From assembly GCA_963630875.1 (NCBI GenBank), contig CAVGOI010000006.1, positions 2,531-66,530 of the forward strand: 64,000 bases of DNA. The letters are read 5' to 3'. Both the position numbers and the translations under genes were made by a program. Origin of the DNA: Mycobacteriaceae bacterium (GTDB taxonomy: Bacteria; Bacteroidota; Bacteroidia; Bacteroidales; Paludibacteraceae). Under the pieces are notes generated by a model, which ran no database searches, was not told the origin of the DNA, and saw only the letters and a program-made list of their open reading frames with translations. This document shows, piece after piece, positions 1 through 10,139 of this stretch. Position 1 is the first letter of the stretch, and each line of letters starts with the position of its first letter.

Positions 1-1
1 G

Positions 2-148
2 ACCGAACGGTTTGACATCACCGTCAGCGGGACGGCGCGTGTATATGACAACAACCTGCTGTTCGACCTCAAATACAGCGGCAAGTCGCAGACATCGGAG
101 CGCACACTCGTGAGCAGGGGCATAAGAATGCAGGCGAAAAAGAACTGA
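2..148 (+). CDS. 3' end of an unidentified CDS entering from upstream of the window
   Basis: Frame 2 is open from the window edge to TGA at 146-148 (TERFDITVSGTARVYDNNLLFDLKYSGKSQTSERTLVSRGIRMQAKKN*). It is too short to assign a family. Confidence 0.3.
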   Translation, partial: TERFDITVSGTARVYDNNLLFDLKYSGKSQTSERTLVSRGIRMQAKKN

Positions 149-222
149 TTGCTCCTTCTGCAAGCCAGGCATTTACCCGACAAAAATTGAAAAATCACAG
201 ATAGTACATTTCGAAAGCAATC

Positions 223-1716
223 GTGGAAATGAAACGAACGATATGGGTGCTGTGTGCGGCGATGAGCGCGTGTATGGCGGGAGCGCAAGTGCTGCCCCAA
301 CTGACACTGACCGATTGCCGGCAGATGGCACTGCAAAACGGCACTTCCGGCAAAATCAGCGCAGAGGCAGAAGCGGCTGCCGACCTGAACAAACAGGCGG
401 CATTGGCTGCCATGTTCCCCAAGGTGAGTGCGAACGCCGCGTACACATGGAACTCGAAGAATGCGACATTGCTTGCCAATCAGATGGACTTCGGTTTTGG
501 TACCGCCATTGTAGGTAAAGACGGCTCCTCGGCTTTTGAATGGAGCGAGAGTTCCTCCATCAACCAATTGGCACAGAAGACCTTTACCGACCCTACCCTA
601 TACAATCAGGTAACGGGGTTCCAAAACGAAGCCGGACAGATGATGGCCGATGCCTATCAGCAACTGTACAACGCACTGAACTTGGACATGACCCATGTCG
701 TGGTCGGGCAAGTGGGTATCACGCAGCCTATCTATGTAGGCGGGCGTCTGCGCGAATTGTACCGTATTGCCCAAGCCACCGAACAGATGGCAGTACTACA
801 GGGCGACAGCAAGCGTGATGACATCATTGTATCGGTGGACGAAGCCTATTGGCGCGTGGTCGCCGTACAAAGCAAGAAGACTTTGGCCACTCAATACTAC
901 GACCTGCTGATAAGGTTGGAAGGTGATGTTACCGAACTCGTGACCGAGGGAATGGCTACGCAAAGCGACCTGCTGAAAGTGAAAGCCAAACGGGGAGAGG
1001 CCGAAGTGAAGAAGATGCAGGCAGAGAACGGGCTTATCCTCTCCAAGATGGCGTTGTGCCAACTGTGCGGGCTGCCTTTGGACACGGATATCCATGTGGA
1101 CAGCACCGGTCTGGGCGAAATAGCCCTGCATGATACCATCGGCAATATGGAGTCCATTATTGACCGCCGCGCCGAAATGCGACTCTTGGAACAGGCTGAG
1201 AAGATAGCAAAGTCCAATACGCGTATCATGGCGGCAGGACTGCAACCCAACATCGTGGCATCGGCGAACTACATATACACCAACCCCAATGTGGATAACG
1301 GCTTCAGCAACGACTGGAAAGGCAAGGGGTTCTTCTCGGCAGGGGTGGTGGTAAACATACCTATCGCACATGCCGATGATATCCTGCGCGTGAAAGCCGC
1401 CAAACACGAGGCAGCGTTAGTAACGCTCAAGAAAGAGGAAGCCCGCGAGATGCTCAACCTGCAAATCATACAAGCCAACCAAAAACTGATGGAAGCCACA
1501 CAGAAAGTGGCAATGACCGAGACCGGTGTAAAGAACGCCGAAGAAGTGCTGCACTTCGCCACCGAAGCCTTTGCGGCAGGTATGGCTACCGCATCCGATG
1601 TGATGCAGGCACAGACCGCGTGGCTGTCGGCATCGAGCGACCATATTGACGCCAATGTAGAAGCAAAAGTGTGCGAGACCTATTTCCGGAAATATACATC
1701 CACATTGAGGTACTGA
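223..1716 (+). CDS. TolC-family outer membrane efflux protein
   Basis: 497 aa ORF with an N-terminal signal peptide (MKRTIWVLCAAMSACMAGAQ). It has the TolC-like start 'LTLTDCRQMALQNG' and two coiled, Ala/Gln-rich repeats. It is the first gene of a TolC-HlyD-permease-permease array. Confidence 0.8.
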   Translation: MEMKRTIWVLCAAMSACMAGAQVLPQLTLTDCRQMALQNGTSGKISAEAEAAADLNKQAALAAMFPKVSANAAYTWNSKNATLLANQMDFGFGTAIVGKDGSSAFEWSESSSINQLAQKTFTDPTLYNQVTGFQNEAGQMMADAYQQLYNALNLDMTHVVVGQVGITQPIYVGGRLRELYRIAQATEQMAVLQGDSKRDDIIVSVDEAYWRVVAVQSKKTLATQYYDLLIRLEGDVTELVTEGMATQSDLLKVKAKRGEAEVKKMQAENGLILSKMALCQLCGLPLDTDIHVDSTGLGEIALHDTIGNMESIIDRRAEMRLLEQAEKIAKSNTRIMAAGLQPNIVASANYIYTNPNVDNGFSNDWKGKGFFSAGVVVNIPIAHADDILRVKAAKHEAALVTLKKEEAREMLNLQIIQANQKLMEATQKVAMTETGVKNAEEVLHFATEAFAAGMATASDVMQAQTAWLSASSDHIDANVEAKVCETYFRKYTSTLRY

Positions 1717-1958
1717 AGGCTCCGTTAATGCCCATGCAGAACCCTTAAAATATGATAACAAAACAAGTACGATACGGGTGGTGAGGCGATAGGATATGAG
1801 AAGGCTACGGGGTGGATATGGGTAGCGTATCCCTTGTTCATCCCTTGCGTATCCCTTGCTGAAGGATAAGGGCTTGACAGAGAGAGTTCCCGACAGGATA
1901 CGGAGCGAATATGGTATTAAAAAAGATTAATAACGAACTTTTGATATAGAAAGAAGAG

Positions 1959-2951
1959 ATGTCAGTAAGTAAAGAGAAGAAAGGCAGTCTGCTGTTAGGT
2001 TTGGTGGCAATGCTCGCCGTAGTTGTAATCGTGGCAGTGGTAGGTGTGCTCGCCATAGAACCGGAGGAGGTGCTGATTACGGGCGAAGCCGAAGCCACTG
2101 AATACAGAGTGTCGGGCAAAGTACCCGGGCGTATCGAGATGTTCCTCGTGGAAGAGGGCGACAAGGTGAAGAAAGGCGACACCGTCGTGATTATCTACAG
2201 CCCCGAGGTGGAGGCGAAAATGGCACAAGCCCAAGCCGCACGCGCTGCCGCCGAAGCCATCAACGAAAAAGCCCAGAACGGCGCACAACATGAACAGATC
2301 GTCGGCGCTTACGAACTCTGGCAGAAAGCCAAAGCAGGCGAAGAGATATACCGCAAGAGTTATGAACGCGTACAACGCTTGTTCGAGAAAGGAGTCGTGT
2401 CGGAACAGAAACGCGATGAAGTGTATGCCCAATACAAAGCCGCTTCCGCTACCGTGAAAGCTGCGAAAAGCCAGTACGATATGGCTGTGGCAGGCGCGCG
2501 CGATGAGGACAAGGCTGCTGCGGCAGCCCAGTTGGCTCGCGTGGACGGCATTATCCAAGAGGTGGAGGCAGCAAGGGCAGAACGCTATTTGGTGTCGCCG
2601 GTAGATGGCGAGGTATCGGAACGATTCCCCAAGACCGGCGAGTTGGTGGGGCAAGGCAGCCCCGTGATGGCAATAGTGGACATGAATGATATTTGGTTTA
2701 CCTTTGCAGTGCGCGAAGATATGCTCGCGGACATTACGCCCGGCACCCGCCTCAAAGTGCGCATTCCTGCTTTGGGCGACGAACACTATACCGTGGAGGT
2801 AACTTACATCAAAGCCATGGGGAGTTACGCGACTTGGCGCAGCACCCGTTCCAACGGGCAGTATGATGTGCGCACCTTCGATGTAAAAGCGCGCCCCGTA
2901 CACCCGATTGACAATCTCAGACCCGGTATGACTGCCATCGTGATACGATAA
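1959..2951 (+). CDS. HlyD-family membrane fusion (periplasmic adaptor) protein
   Basis: 330 aa with a single N-terminal TM segment. It has a lipoyl-like hairpin (ITGEAEATEYRVSGKVPGRIEMFLVEEGDKVKKGDTVV), a long Ala-rich coiled coil, and a beta-barrel C-terminus (RPGMTAIV). Confidence 0.85.
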   Translation: MSVSKEKKGSLLLGLVAMLAVVVIVAVVGVLAIEPEEVLITGEAEATEYRVSGKVPGRIEMFLVEEGDKVKKGDTVVIIYSPEVEAKMAQAQAARAAAEAINEKAQNGAQHEQIVGAYELWQKAKAGEEIYRKSYERVQRLFEKGVVSEQKRDEVYAQYKAASATVKAAKSQYDMAVAGARDEDKAAAAAQLARVDGIIQEVEAARAERYLVSPVDGEVSERFPKTGELVGQGSPVMAIVDMNDIWFTFAVREDMLADITPGTRLKVRIPALGDEHYTVEVTYIKAMGSYATWRSTRSNGQYDVRTFDVKARPVHPIDNLRPGMTAIVIR

Positions 2952-4124
2952 ATGCCCGTATTCCGTAACATAGGCAGAGTGGCAAAGCGCGAACTGAGCC
3001 GTATGTTCGTGCGTCCGTTATACATCTTCGCTTCGGTGGGGGTGATGGTGCTGAGTACCTTCTTCTTTATCAGCATCATGAAGCACGGCACGCCTGAAAA
3101 TATACCCGTCGCCGTTGTTGACCAAGACCACTCTTCGATATCCCGCCGTCTTTGCCACGAGATGCAGGCTACCTCGGCGGTGAATATCACTTTGGTAACC
3201 ACGGACTTTGCCGAAGCCAGACGCGCTATGCAACGCGGAGAGGTGTTCGGTATCCTCCTCATACCCGAAGATTTCTATGCGAACCTAGCGGCTTTTAAGC
3301 GTCCGCAAATGGAGTTCTATGTGAACAATGCCTATACGGTGGGGGCAAGCACCGCCTACAAGCAGTTGCTCACCATGTGCAACCTCACCTCCGGTGCGTT
3401 TCAACGCGAGGTGCTGCGCAAGAAAGGACTCCCCGATGACCTCATTATGAAGCGCATCCAACCCATTACCATTGAGGCGCATTTCATTGCCAATCCGTGG
3501 AGCAACTATGCTATCTACTTGGTTTCTACTATCTTACCCGGTATATTGGCGTTGGTGGTGCTGATGCTTACCATCTTTGCTATCGGATACGAACTCAAGT
3601 GCAAGACCTGTCGCGAATGGTTGAGAGTTGCCGGCGGCAACTACACGGTAGCACTGATCGGGAAATTAATTCCCTACACTGTTCTGTTCTTGGTGCTGGG
3701 TATCGGGTGCGAGGTGATATTGTTTAAGTTTATGCATTTCCCCGTCAATGGTTCGTTGACGCGGCTAATGCTTTCGATGGTGCTGTTTGTTATTGCCGAA
3801 GAGGCTATGGGCATCTGTATCATCGGTGCGTTGCCCACACTGCGTGATGCCGTGTCGATTGGGGCGTTGTACGGGATGCTCGGTTTTTCGCTGTCGGGGT
3901 TCACTTACCCTGTGATGAATATGCTGCCTGCCATCCAAGCCTGGACGAACCTTGTTCCGCTGCGGCACTACTATCTTATCTATGTCAATGAGGCACTGTT
4001 GGCGGCTCCTGTCAGCAACTCCATACCGCATTGCCTCGCACTATGCGCTTTTTTGGTTATGCCGCTCATTGTGTTGCCGCGCCTGCATAACGCGATGCTC
4101 TATCAAAACTACCCGCTGAAATGA
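2952..4124 (+). CDS. ABC-2 type transporter permease (YhhJ/YbhR-like)
   Basis: 390 aa. One N-terminal TM segment, a large extracytoplasmic loop, then about five C-terminal TM segments. The start codon abuts the hlyD stop. Confidence 0.8.
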   Translation: MPVFRNIGRVAKRELSRMFVRPLYIFASVGVMVLSTFFFISIMKHGTPENIPVAVVDQDHSSISRRLCHEMQATSAVNITLVTTDFAEARRAMQRGEVFGILLIPEDFYANLAAFKRPQMEFYVNNAYTVGASTAYKQLLTMCNLTSGAFQREVLRKKGLPDDLIMKRIQPITIEAHFIANPWSNYAIYLVSTILPGILALVVLMLTIFAIGYELKCKTCREWLRVAGGNYTVALIGKLIPYTVLFLVLGIGCEVILFKFMHFPVNGSLTRLMLSMVLFVIAEEAMGICIIGALPTLRDAVSIGALYGMLGFSLSGFTYPVMNMLPAIQAWTNLVPLRHYYLIYVNEALLAAPVSNSIPHCLALCAFLVMPLIVLPRLHNAMLYQNYPLK

Positions 4125-5356
4125 GTAAAGTAAGTCGTTTTCTATATCATCAATGGCTGAAAGTCAAGGAGTTGGACTGGGTATTCTCCTTCGAATTCAA
4201 GCGCATATTCCGCGACCCGGGCGTATTGGTTATCTTTATCCTCGCGACTGTTGCCTACCCGATTCTGTATAATTGCATCTATTGGAAAGACACCATTGAG
4301 CATGTACCCGTTGCTGTTGTGGACAGAAGTAATTCGCCCGAGAGTCGTGATTTCCTGCATAAGTGGGGTGCGTGCCCCGATGTGAAGTTGGCGTACTTCT
4401 GTGCTTCGATGCAGGAAGCGGAGGAGTTGATGCGGGACCAGAAAGTGCACGGTATCATCTACTTTCCCTCCGACTATGCGGTTGCACTCAACTCCGGTTT
4501 GGAGCAGGCTCATATCTCACTCTACTGCGATATGTCGTCGTTTCTCTACATGAAAGCGGTGTATCTCAGTTGCAACCAAGTGATGTTGGAGAATATGCGC
4601 AATGTGCAGATAGACCGCTATGAGGCGATGGGCTATGGCAGCGAATTTGCGTGGTCGCTCGTGCAGGATGCGCCCTATACGGAAACGGCGTTGTTCTGTC
4701 CTACGGGCGGTTATGCTTCGTTCCTCATACCGGCGGTGCTTATGCTTATCCTGCACCAGACTCTGCTGTTCGGTATTTGTATGCTCGGAGGTACTGCGAG
4801 GGAGGAGAACAATGAACTCTATATTCTGCCCGGGCGGCGGCGTAGTGTGAGCGTATTCCGTATTATTCTCGGTCGTTCTGCGGCGTATTTCGTGCTGTAT
4901 ATGGCACTGGGTGCGTTGGATTTGATACTGATTCCGCGCCTTTTCGGTTTGCCGCATATCGGCAACCCGATGGATATTCTGCGCTTTATGGTGCCGTATC
5001 TGCTCGCCGTTATCTATTTCTCGATGTGTATCAGCGTCTTTACCCGTAATCGCGAGACAGGTTTGGTCACGCTGATTTCCAGTACGCTGATATTTCTGTT
5101 TATTGCCGGTGTGTCGTGGCCGCAGCAAATGCTGCCCAAGGCATGGCTGTACCTGAGTTATTTCATCCCCTACACTTGGGGGGTGCACGGTTATCTGCAC
5201 ATCTCTTCTATGGGGGCGACCCTTGCCTGCACCTCAAAAGAGTATTATGCGTTGTGGATACTGTCCGCCGTGTATTTTGTACTCGCCTGCGGTCTGCTGT
5301 GGGTACTAGGTTGGCGCGAGACCCGTCGCAGCAAGCAATCTGTTGCGGCGGCGTAG
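4121..5356 (+). CDS. ABC-2 type transporter permease (second subunit)
   Basis: 411 aa with the same topology as the preceding gene. ATGA start/stop overlap at 4121-4124 indicates translational coupling. Confidence 0.8.
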   Translation: MSKVSRFLYHQWLKVKELDWVFSFEFKRIFRDPGVLVIFILATVAYPILYNCIYWKDTIEHVPVAVVDRSNSPESRDFLHKWGACPDVKLAYFCASMQEAEELMRDQKVHGIIYFPSDYAVALNSGLEQAHISLYCDMSSFLYMKAVYLSCNQVMLENMRNVQIDRYEAMGYGSEFAWSLVQDAPYTETALFCPTGGYASFLIPAVLMLILHQTLLFGICMLGGTAREENNELYILPGRRRSVSVFRIILGRSAAYFVLYMALGALDLILIPRLFGLPHIGNPMDILRFMVPYLLAVIYFSMCISVFTRNRETGLVTLISSTLIFLFIAGVSWPQQMLPKAWLYLSYFIPYTWGVHGYLHISSMGATLACTSKEYYALWILSAVYFVLACGLLWVLGWRETRRSKQSVAAA

Positions 5357-5430
5357 CATCAGCGGGAGGGAGAAGTTCCGACGGCAGAAGGGAAAAAGCA
5401 GGGCGAAAACAGGGGAGTTGTTGGGTATTT

Positions 5431-5461
5431 CCGTCTTTTTGCGTAACTTTGCAGCGTTATT
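5431..5461 (+). promoter_or_regulatory. Bacteroidota sigma-A type promoter (TTG-N20-TAACTTTG)
   Basis: ttgggtatttccgtctttttgcgTAACTTTG matches the Bacteroides -33/-7 architecture (TTTG ... TAnnTTTG). It lies 62 nt upstream of the ATG at 5523. Confidence 0.5.
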
Positions 5462-5522
5462 TGTACAACCGCCGCAGCGTATGGGGGTTGTAGGAGGTTT
5501 TTGTATGGTTTAATCGCAGCGT

Positions 5523-6485
5523 ATGGATATTTCAATCGTAGTACCACTTTACAATGAAGAAGAGAGCTTGCCCGTTCTGTTTGCGTGGATAAAACGCGTG
5601 ATGACGGAACACGGCTATAGTTATGAAGTGCTGTTTGTGAATGACGGCTCCACCGATAATTCGTGGGAGGTGATTCGGCGTTTGCAGCAGGAGAACCCTA
5701 CCTCGGTGCGAGGTATTTGCTTCCGCCGTAACTATGGCAAGTCTGCAGCCTTGTACTGCGGCTTTAAGGCGGCGAAAGGGGATGTGGTCATCACTATGGA
5801 TGCCGACCTGCAAGATTCGCCCGACGAAGTTCCTGCCTTGTACCGTATGATACGCGAGGAAGGGTATGACCTCGTAAGTGGTTGGAAGCAGAAGCGATAC
5901 GATAACAAGATCACAAAGAATCTGCCCAGCAAACTGTTTAACGCCACAGCAAGACGCGTTACCGGTATTCGCTTGCACGATATGAATTGCGGGCTGAAAG
6001 CTTATAGGAAGGAAGTTGTCAAGAACATTGAAGTGTTCTCCGAGATGCACCGGTATATCCCCTATTTGGCGAAGAACGCAGGGTTTACAAAAATCGGTGA
6101 AAAGGTGGTGCAACACCGTAGGCGGGAATTTGGCGTTAGTAAGTTCGGAGTCAGTCGCTTCGTGAACGGGTATCTGGACTTGATGACACTGTGGTTCCTT
6201 AATAAGTTCGGCAAGCAACCCATGCATTTCTTCGGTTCTATCGGCAGTCTGATGTTTGTGTTGGGTTTTATTGCCATCATTGTTGTCGGCGCGATGAAAC
6301 TGCATGCCTTGCACCATGGTGTGCAGGCGATGTTGGTTAGCCAGAACCCTTATTTTCACCTGAGTATTCTGATGATGATATTAGGATGCATGCTGTTCCT
6401 GGCAGGGTTCCTCGGTGAATTGATTATCCGCAACTCTTCCGAGCGCAATAATTATCTTATCCAGGAAGTCCTCGGCGAAGAATGA
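5523..6485 (+). CDS. Family 2 glycosyltransferase (polyprenyl-phosphate glycosyltransferase, ArnC/DPM1-like)
   Basis: 320 aa. N-terminal GT-A motifs (ISIVVPLYNEEESL, VNDGSTD, MDADLQDSP) and two C-terminal TM helices, as in GtrB/ArnC-type enzymes. Confidence 0.85.
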   Translation: MDISIVVPLYNEEESLPVLFAWIKRVMTEHGYSYEVLFVNDGSTDNSWEVIRRLQQENPTSVRGICFRRNYGKSAALYCGFKAAKGDVVITMDADLQDSPDEVPALYRMIREEGYDLVSGWKQKRYDNKITKNLPSKLFNATARRVTGIRLHDMNCGLKAYRKEVVKNIEVFSEMHRYIPYLAKNAGFTKIGEKVVQHRRREFGVSKFGVSRFVNGYLDLMTLWFLNKFGKQPMHFFGSIGSLMFVLGFIAIIVVGAMKLHALHHGVQAMLVSQNPYFHLSILMMILGCMLFLAGFLGELIIRNSSERNNYLIQEVLGEE

Positions 6486-7444
6486 ACGCACGCGAGATAT
6501 TCGAGTACTACAGTTCCGCGCGGGTTCTAAGCAGCGAGGGACGACTAGATTTTGTATCCTGGGTGCAGGACGCACCGGATACGATGAAAGGTAGTATGGC
6601 GGTGGCAGGTATTTCCCTTTCGATGATAGAGCATGGGTGGGACGAAGACAAGGTGCGCCTGCTGGCTTCGGTCGTAAATGCCGATAATGTGCTGCGTATC
6701 CGACAGCGCGCTATGGCGGGATTGCTGCTTGTGTTGATGAACAATGACGGCTGGGTGCGTCGTACGGTGGACACCCCTCTGATGGAGGATGTGCAGGATG
6801 CCTTCGCTGTTGATCCGTCGCTCGCATTGGCGACCCTGCTCAGTTTGTTGCGTACCGATAAGGTGGACTGGGTTGAGTCCGCCGAAATGGCGTTGAGCCG
6901 GGAAATGATTCCGTTGCTGCAAGCAGGAAAGCAGGAAGAAGCAAACGCTGTCGTAGAAAGGCACAAGGATGAGATTCTGCGCGTGGAAAAATTGCAGTTG
7001 GATCGTACTTTCCTGCTTTTCAAGCGGTTTTACGATTCTCCTTTCTTCCGCGAATGTGCGGCGAACTGGCTGCTTCCGTGGGACGACCGTGCGTTGCAGA
7101 ATGCCGATGCGGACGACCGTGCGGCGTTGCAGCACCTGTTTTCCGCCGTTAAAATGTGCGACAGCGACCGATATGCCTTTCTATGCAGTCCGTTGCGGCA
7201 AGCCGTTTCGCAGATACCGGCTGCGGGGTTGGCGGGCATGTCGTCCGAGCGTCCGAGCGGGAAGAAAGGCAGTAGGTTCGAGACGGATAACTATATCCAG
7301 CAATTATACCGCTATTTCCGTTTGTCGTCGTTCACGCAAGCACGACCGTTCGAAGGGGTGAAGAACCTGCGCGATACCTTGGTGTATCGTTTGGTCGTGG
7401 TAGGCGAAGCGGCGCAGCGTCAGGCAGCGGCTTTCTTTTCATAG
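6482..7444 (+). CDS. Hypothetical protein, translationally coupled to the GT2 gene
   Basis: 320 aa ORF with an ATGA overlap at 6482-6485. Composition is alpha-helical-looking. I recognise no family motif. Confidence 0.55.
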   Translation: MNAREIFEYYSSARVLSSEGRLDFVSWVQDAPDTMKGSMAVAGISLSMIEHGWDEDKVRLLASVVNADNVLRIRQRAMAGLLLVLMNNDGWVRRTVDTPLMEDVQDAFAVDPSLALATLLSLLRTDKVDWVESAEMALSREMIPLLQAGKQEEANAVVERHKDEILRVEKLQLDRTFLLFKRFYDSPFFRECAANWLLPWDDRALQNADADDRAALQHLFSAVKMCDSDRYAFLCSPLRQAVSQIPAAGLAGMSSERPSGKKGSRFETDNYIQQLYRYFRLSSFTQARPFEGVKNLRDTLVYRLVVVGEAAQRQAAAFFS

Positions 7445-7455
7445 ACGATTTTTCG

Positions 7456-8190
7456 TTACGGCTGCGGCAACGGATGGAAGATGTCTATTCCGAACGCTGT
7501 AGTAAATGCATCGGCGGCGCGGAGTGCCTGCGGCGTATCCAAGACGATGCCCCGTTGCGGGGTCATAAGCAGGATACGATCGGAAAGAGCGAGCGCCAAT
7601 TCCAGTTCGTGCGTGGAAATAAGCACCAACTTGTGCTGTTCGTGCGCCAGACGGCGCAGGAGTTGCAGTACACGGATACGGTTGGGTAGGTCGAGGTGCG
7701 CTGTCGGCTCGTCCAACAGAACGACGGGCGTCTGCTGTGCGAGGGCCTTGGCTATCAGAATGCGCTGTTTTTCACCGTCGGAATGGCTGTTGAAGAAGGT
7801 TTCCGCTTCGTTGGATAAGCCGACCTCCTCCAACGATGCGGCGATGATGCGTTCGTCGTCCGCCGAAAGTTTGCCCAAGAAAGAAGTGTACGGGTACCGT
7901 CCCATGGCGACCACTTCACGGACGGTCGTCTGTCCGATACGGATGCTTCCGGTCAGCACTATGGCTGTTTGCATGGACAAAGGCAGTGCCTCCGCATGCG
8001 GAAAAGAATAGGTACCTGCCAGCGGCGGAAGCAGTGCGGCGAAGGTTCGTAGCAGCGTGGATTTCCCACAGCCGTTCTGCCCTAATACACAGACCATCTC
8101 GCCTTGCAGGAGCGAGAAAGAGAGGTCGGACTGTACTACCTGCGTGGGGTATCCGATAGAGAGGTGAGAACACTGAATCGCTGTATCCAT
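7456..8190 (-). CDS. ABC transporter ATP-binding protein (FepC/FecE-like)
   Basis: 244 aa with Walker A (GQNGCGKST), the ABC signature (HSDGEKQR), Walker B (VVLLDEPTAHLD) and an H-loop (STHE). Confidence 0.85.
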   Translation of the reverse strand: MDTAIQCSHLSIGYPTQVVQSDLSFSLLQGEMVCVLGQNGCGKSTLLRTFAALLPPLAGTYSFPHAEALPLSMQTAIVLTGSIRIGQTTVREVVAMGRYPYTSFLGKLSADDERIIAASLEEVGLSNEAETFFNSHSDGEKQRILIAKALAQQTPVVLLDEPTAHLDLPNRIRVLQLLRRLAHEQHKLVLISTHELELALALSDRILLMTPQRGIVLDTPQALRAADAFTTAFGIDIFHPLPQP

Positions 8191-8230
8191 GCTGCTGTTT
8201 TGGAGGGGTTACGGGGTCAATCCTTCGCGG

Positions 8231-10084
8231 TTACTCGTAGAAATAGACGCGGCGGACACGCCGTGAGATGGAAGTCAGTACCTCGTAGGGTATGGTTTCC
8301 AACTTGTCTGCCAGTTCCTGCAGACGGATATGCTCGCCGAATACTTCGACCGCGTCGCCCATTCGGGCGTCCGTTCCTGTGATGTCCACCATTGCCTGGT
8401 CCATACATATATTGCCCACGACAGGGCATCGCTTCCCCCGTACGAGGACTTCGCCCCGATAGTTGGACAGCCTTCGGTCGAAGCCATCGGCATATCCGAT
8501 GGGGATGACGGCTATTTGGCGCGGCGAAGTGAGGGCGGTGTGTCGTCCGTAGCCTATGGTTTCACCGGCGTTCACGGTCTTTACGCTCAGAATGGTGGTG
8601 CGGAGCGTACATACCTCGTGCAGTTTCGCACCGGCGAAGGATATACCGTACATGCCAATTCCCAGGCGGCACATGTCGTATTGGTACTCTGGAAAACGCT
8701 CGATGCCTGCTGAATTGCAGATATGCTTTGTGAGCGTGTACCCTAATCCCGTTTGCAGTGCCTCGGCGCAGTCGCGGAAGTAGTCCGCCTGTTGTCGGGT
8801 GAAGGCGTCAAACTGCGCCTCATCACTTCCGGCGAAATGCGAAAAGACACTCGTAGCCCGCACCGCCGTCTGCCGTTGCAGGCGGGCAATGAGTTCGGGC
8901 ATCTCTTCCCGATAGAAGCCTAATCGGTGCATGCCGGAATCTATTTTGATATGCACCGGATAGTTCTCCACCCCTTTTGCCGATGTGGCAGCAACGATGT
9001 TCTCCAACGATTGGAAGGAATATACATTGGGTTCGAGATTGTTCTCCAAGATGATATCGAGGGCGGCGATCTCCGGATCCATGACAATCACGGGGAGCGT
9101 GATCCCTGCGCGGCGCAACTCTACGCCCTCGTCGGCTACTGCTACCGCCAAACAATCGACCAAGCCGCTGCGTTGCAGCGCCTTGCTCACCTCGACGCTG
9201 CCCGCTCCGTACGCGAAGGCTTTTACCATGCAGGTCAGGCGTGTGGTCGGACGCAGGAGGGAGCGGAAATAGCGTACATTGTCGGTCAGTGCGGTGAGGT
9301 TTATTTGCAGCACCGTTTCATGGGTCTGGTTGAGAATACGGTGGGCTATCGTTTCCTCGTCGTAGCCCAACGCCCGCATCACCGCTGCACAGGTACGGAC
9401 ATTTTGGTGGGTGGGATCCTCGATGACGACCGGACAGTGGGCGAACAGACGCATCTTCTCCGCCCGTTTTGCCTCCAAGGAAGGAAAATTCTCGCCGTGT
9501 TCTGCTCCGATGTAGGTTATCACGCCGATGGTGGGGCGTATGATCGGCTCTAACCGCTCCATCTCCCCCGGTTCGGATATGCCCGCTTCGAAGATGGCAA
9601 GGTCGGTGTCCGTCGTCATTTGCCAGACGGATAGAGGTACGCCTATCTGTGAATTGTAGGACTTAGGTGATCGCGTTATACGGTAGTCTGTATGCAATAG
9701 TTCGTAGAGCCACTCCTTGACGACCGTTTTTCCGTTGGAGCCGGTAATGCCGATGACCGGACAATGGTAGAGGGAACGTTTGTGTGCAGCCAACGCTTGC
9801 AACGCCTGCAGTACCTCGCGCACAATCAGGACGCAGCCCGACAAAGGATGCGCGGCAAACTGTTCGTCGGTCATAACAAAAGTCTGCACCCCCCGTGCGT
9901 AGAGGGTAGGTGCGTAGTTCGCCCCATCGTCTTTGTTGGTTCGTAGTGCGAAGAAGAGGGTTTGTGCCGGCTGCGACCCTAACAGCCTGCTGTCGGTGAG
10001 CAGGTGGTCAATCGATGCGGTCGCGTCAAACTGACCCTCGATACGCAACGGGTGGATCGCTGCAATGACTTCTTGAAATTGCAT
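8231..10084 (-). CDS. alr: Fusion protein: Mur-ligase (MurF-like) N-terminal module + alanine racemase
   Basis: The N-terminal half carries a Mur ligase P-loop (GITGSNGKT) and NSQIGVPL. The C-terminal half is alanine racemase (PLP-Lys motif VKAFAYGAG, GYADG, VVGNICMDQAMVD). I chose the start at MQFQEV (10084) because the TACTTTTG -7 box covers the longer ORF's ATG at 10111. Confidence 0.8.
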   Translation of the reverse strand: MQFQEVIAAIHPLRIEGQFDATASIDHLLTDSRLLGSQPAQTLFFALRTNKDDGANYAPTLYARGVQTFVMTDEQFAAHPLSGCVLIVREVLQALQALAAHKRSLYHCPVIGITGSNGKTVVKEWLYELLHTDYRITRSPKSYNSQIGVPLSVWQMTTDTDLAIFEAGISEPGEMERLEPIIRPTIGVITYIGAEHGENFPSLEAKRAEKMRLFAHCPVVIEDPTHQNVRTCAAVMRALGYDEETIAHRILNQTHETVLQINLTALTDNVRYFRSLLRPTTRLTCMVKAFAYGAGSVEVSKALQRSGLVDCLAVAVADEGVELRRAGITLPVIVMDPEIAALDIILENNLEPNVYSFQSLENIVAATSAKGVENYPVHIKIDSGMHRLGFYREEMPELIARLQRQTAVRATSVFSHFAGSDEAQFDAFTRQQADYFRDCAEALQTGLGYTLTKHICNSAGIERFPEYQYDMCRLGIGMYGISFAGAKLHEVCTLRTTILSVKTVNAGETIGYGRHTALTSPRQIAVIPIGYADGFDRRLSNYRGEVLVRGKRCPVVGNICMDQAMVDITGTDARMGDAVEVFGEHIRLQELADKLETIPYEVLTSISRRVRRVYFYE

Positions 10085-10108
10085 GGTGTTTACTGCTGAT
10101 TCGGAGCG

Positions 10109-10139
10109 CAAAAGTAGGCTTTTATTTTGGAAAACGCAA
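10109..10139 (-). promoter_or_regulatory. Promoter TTG-N20-TACTTTTG for the murF-like/alr gene
   Basis: The minus strand reads ccTTGcgttttccaaaataaaagccTACTTTTG. The -7 box lies 25 nt upstream of the ATG at 10084. Confidence 0.55.

Noticed and set aside
150-222. Promoter-like TACATTTC upstream of tolC and TAATTTCG upstream of the AraC-type regulator (48950-48960).
   Set aside because: Both deviate from TAnnTTTG at a conserved position and lack a well-spaced -33 TTG. They are not annotated.
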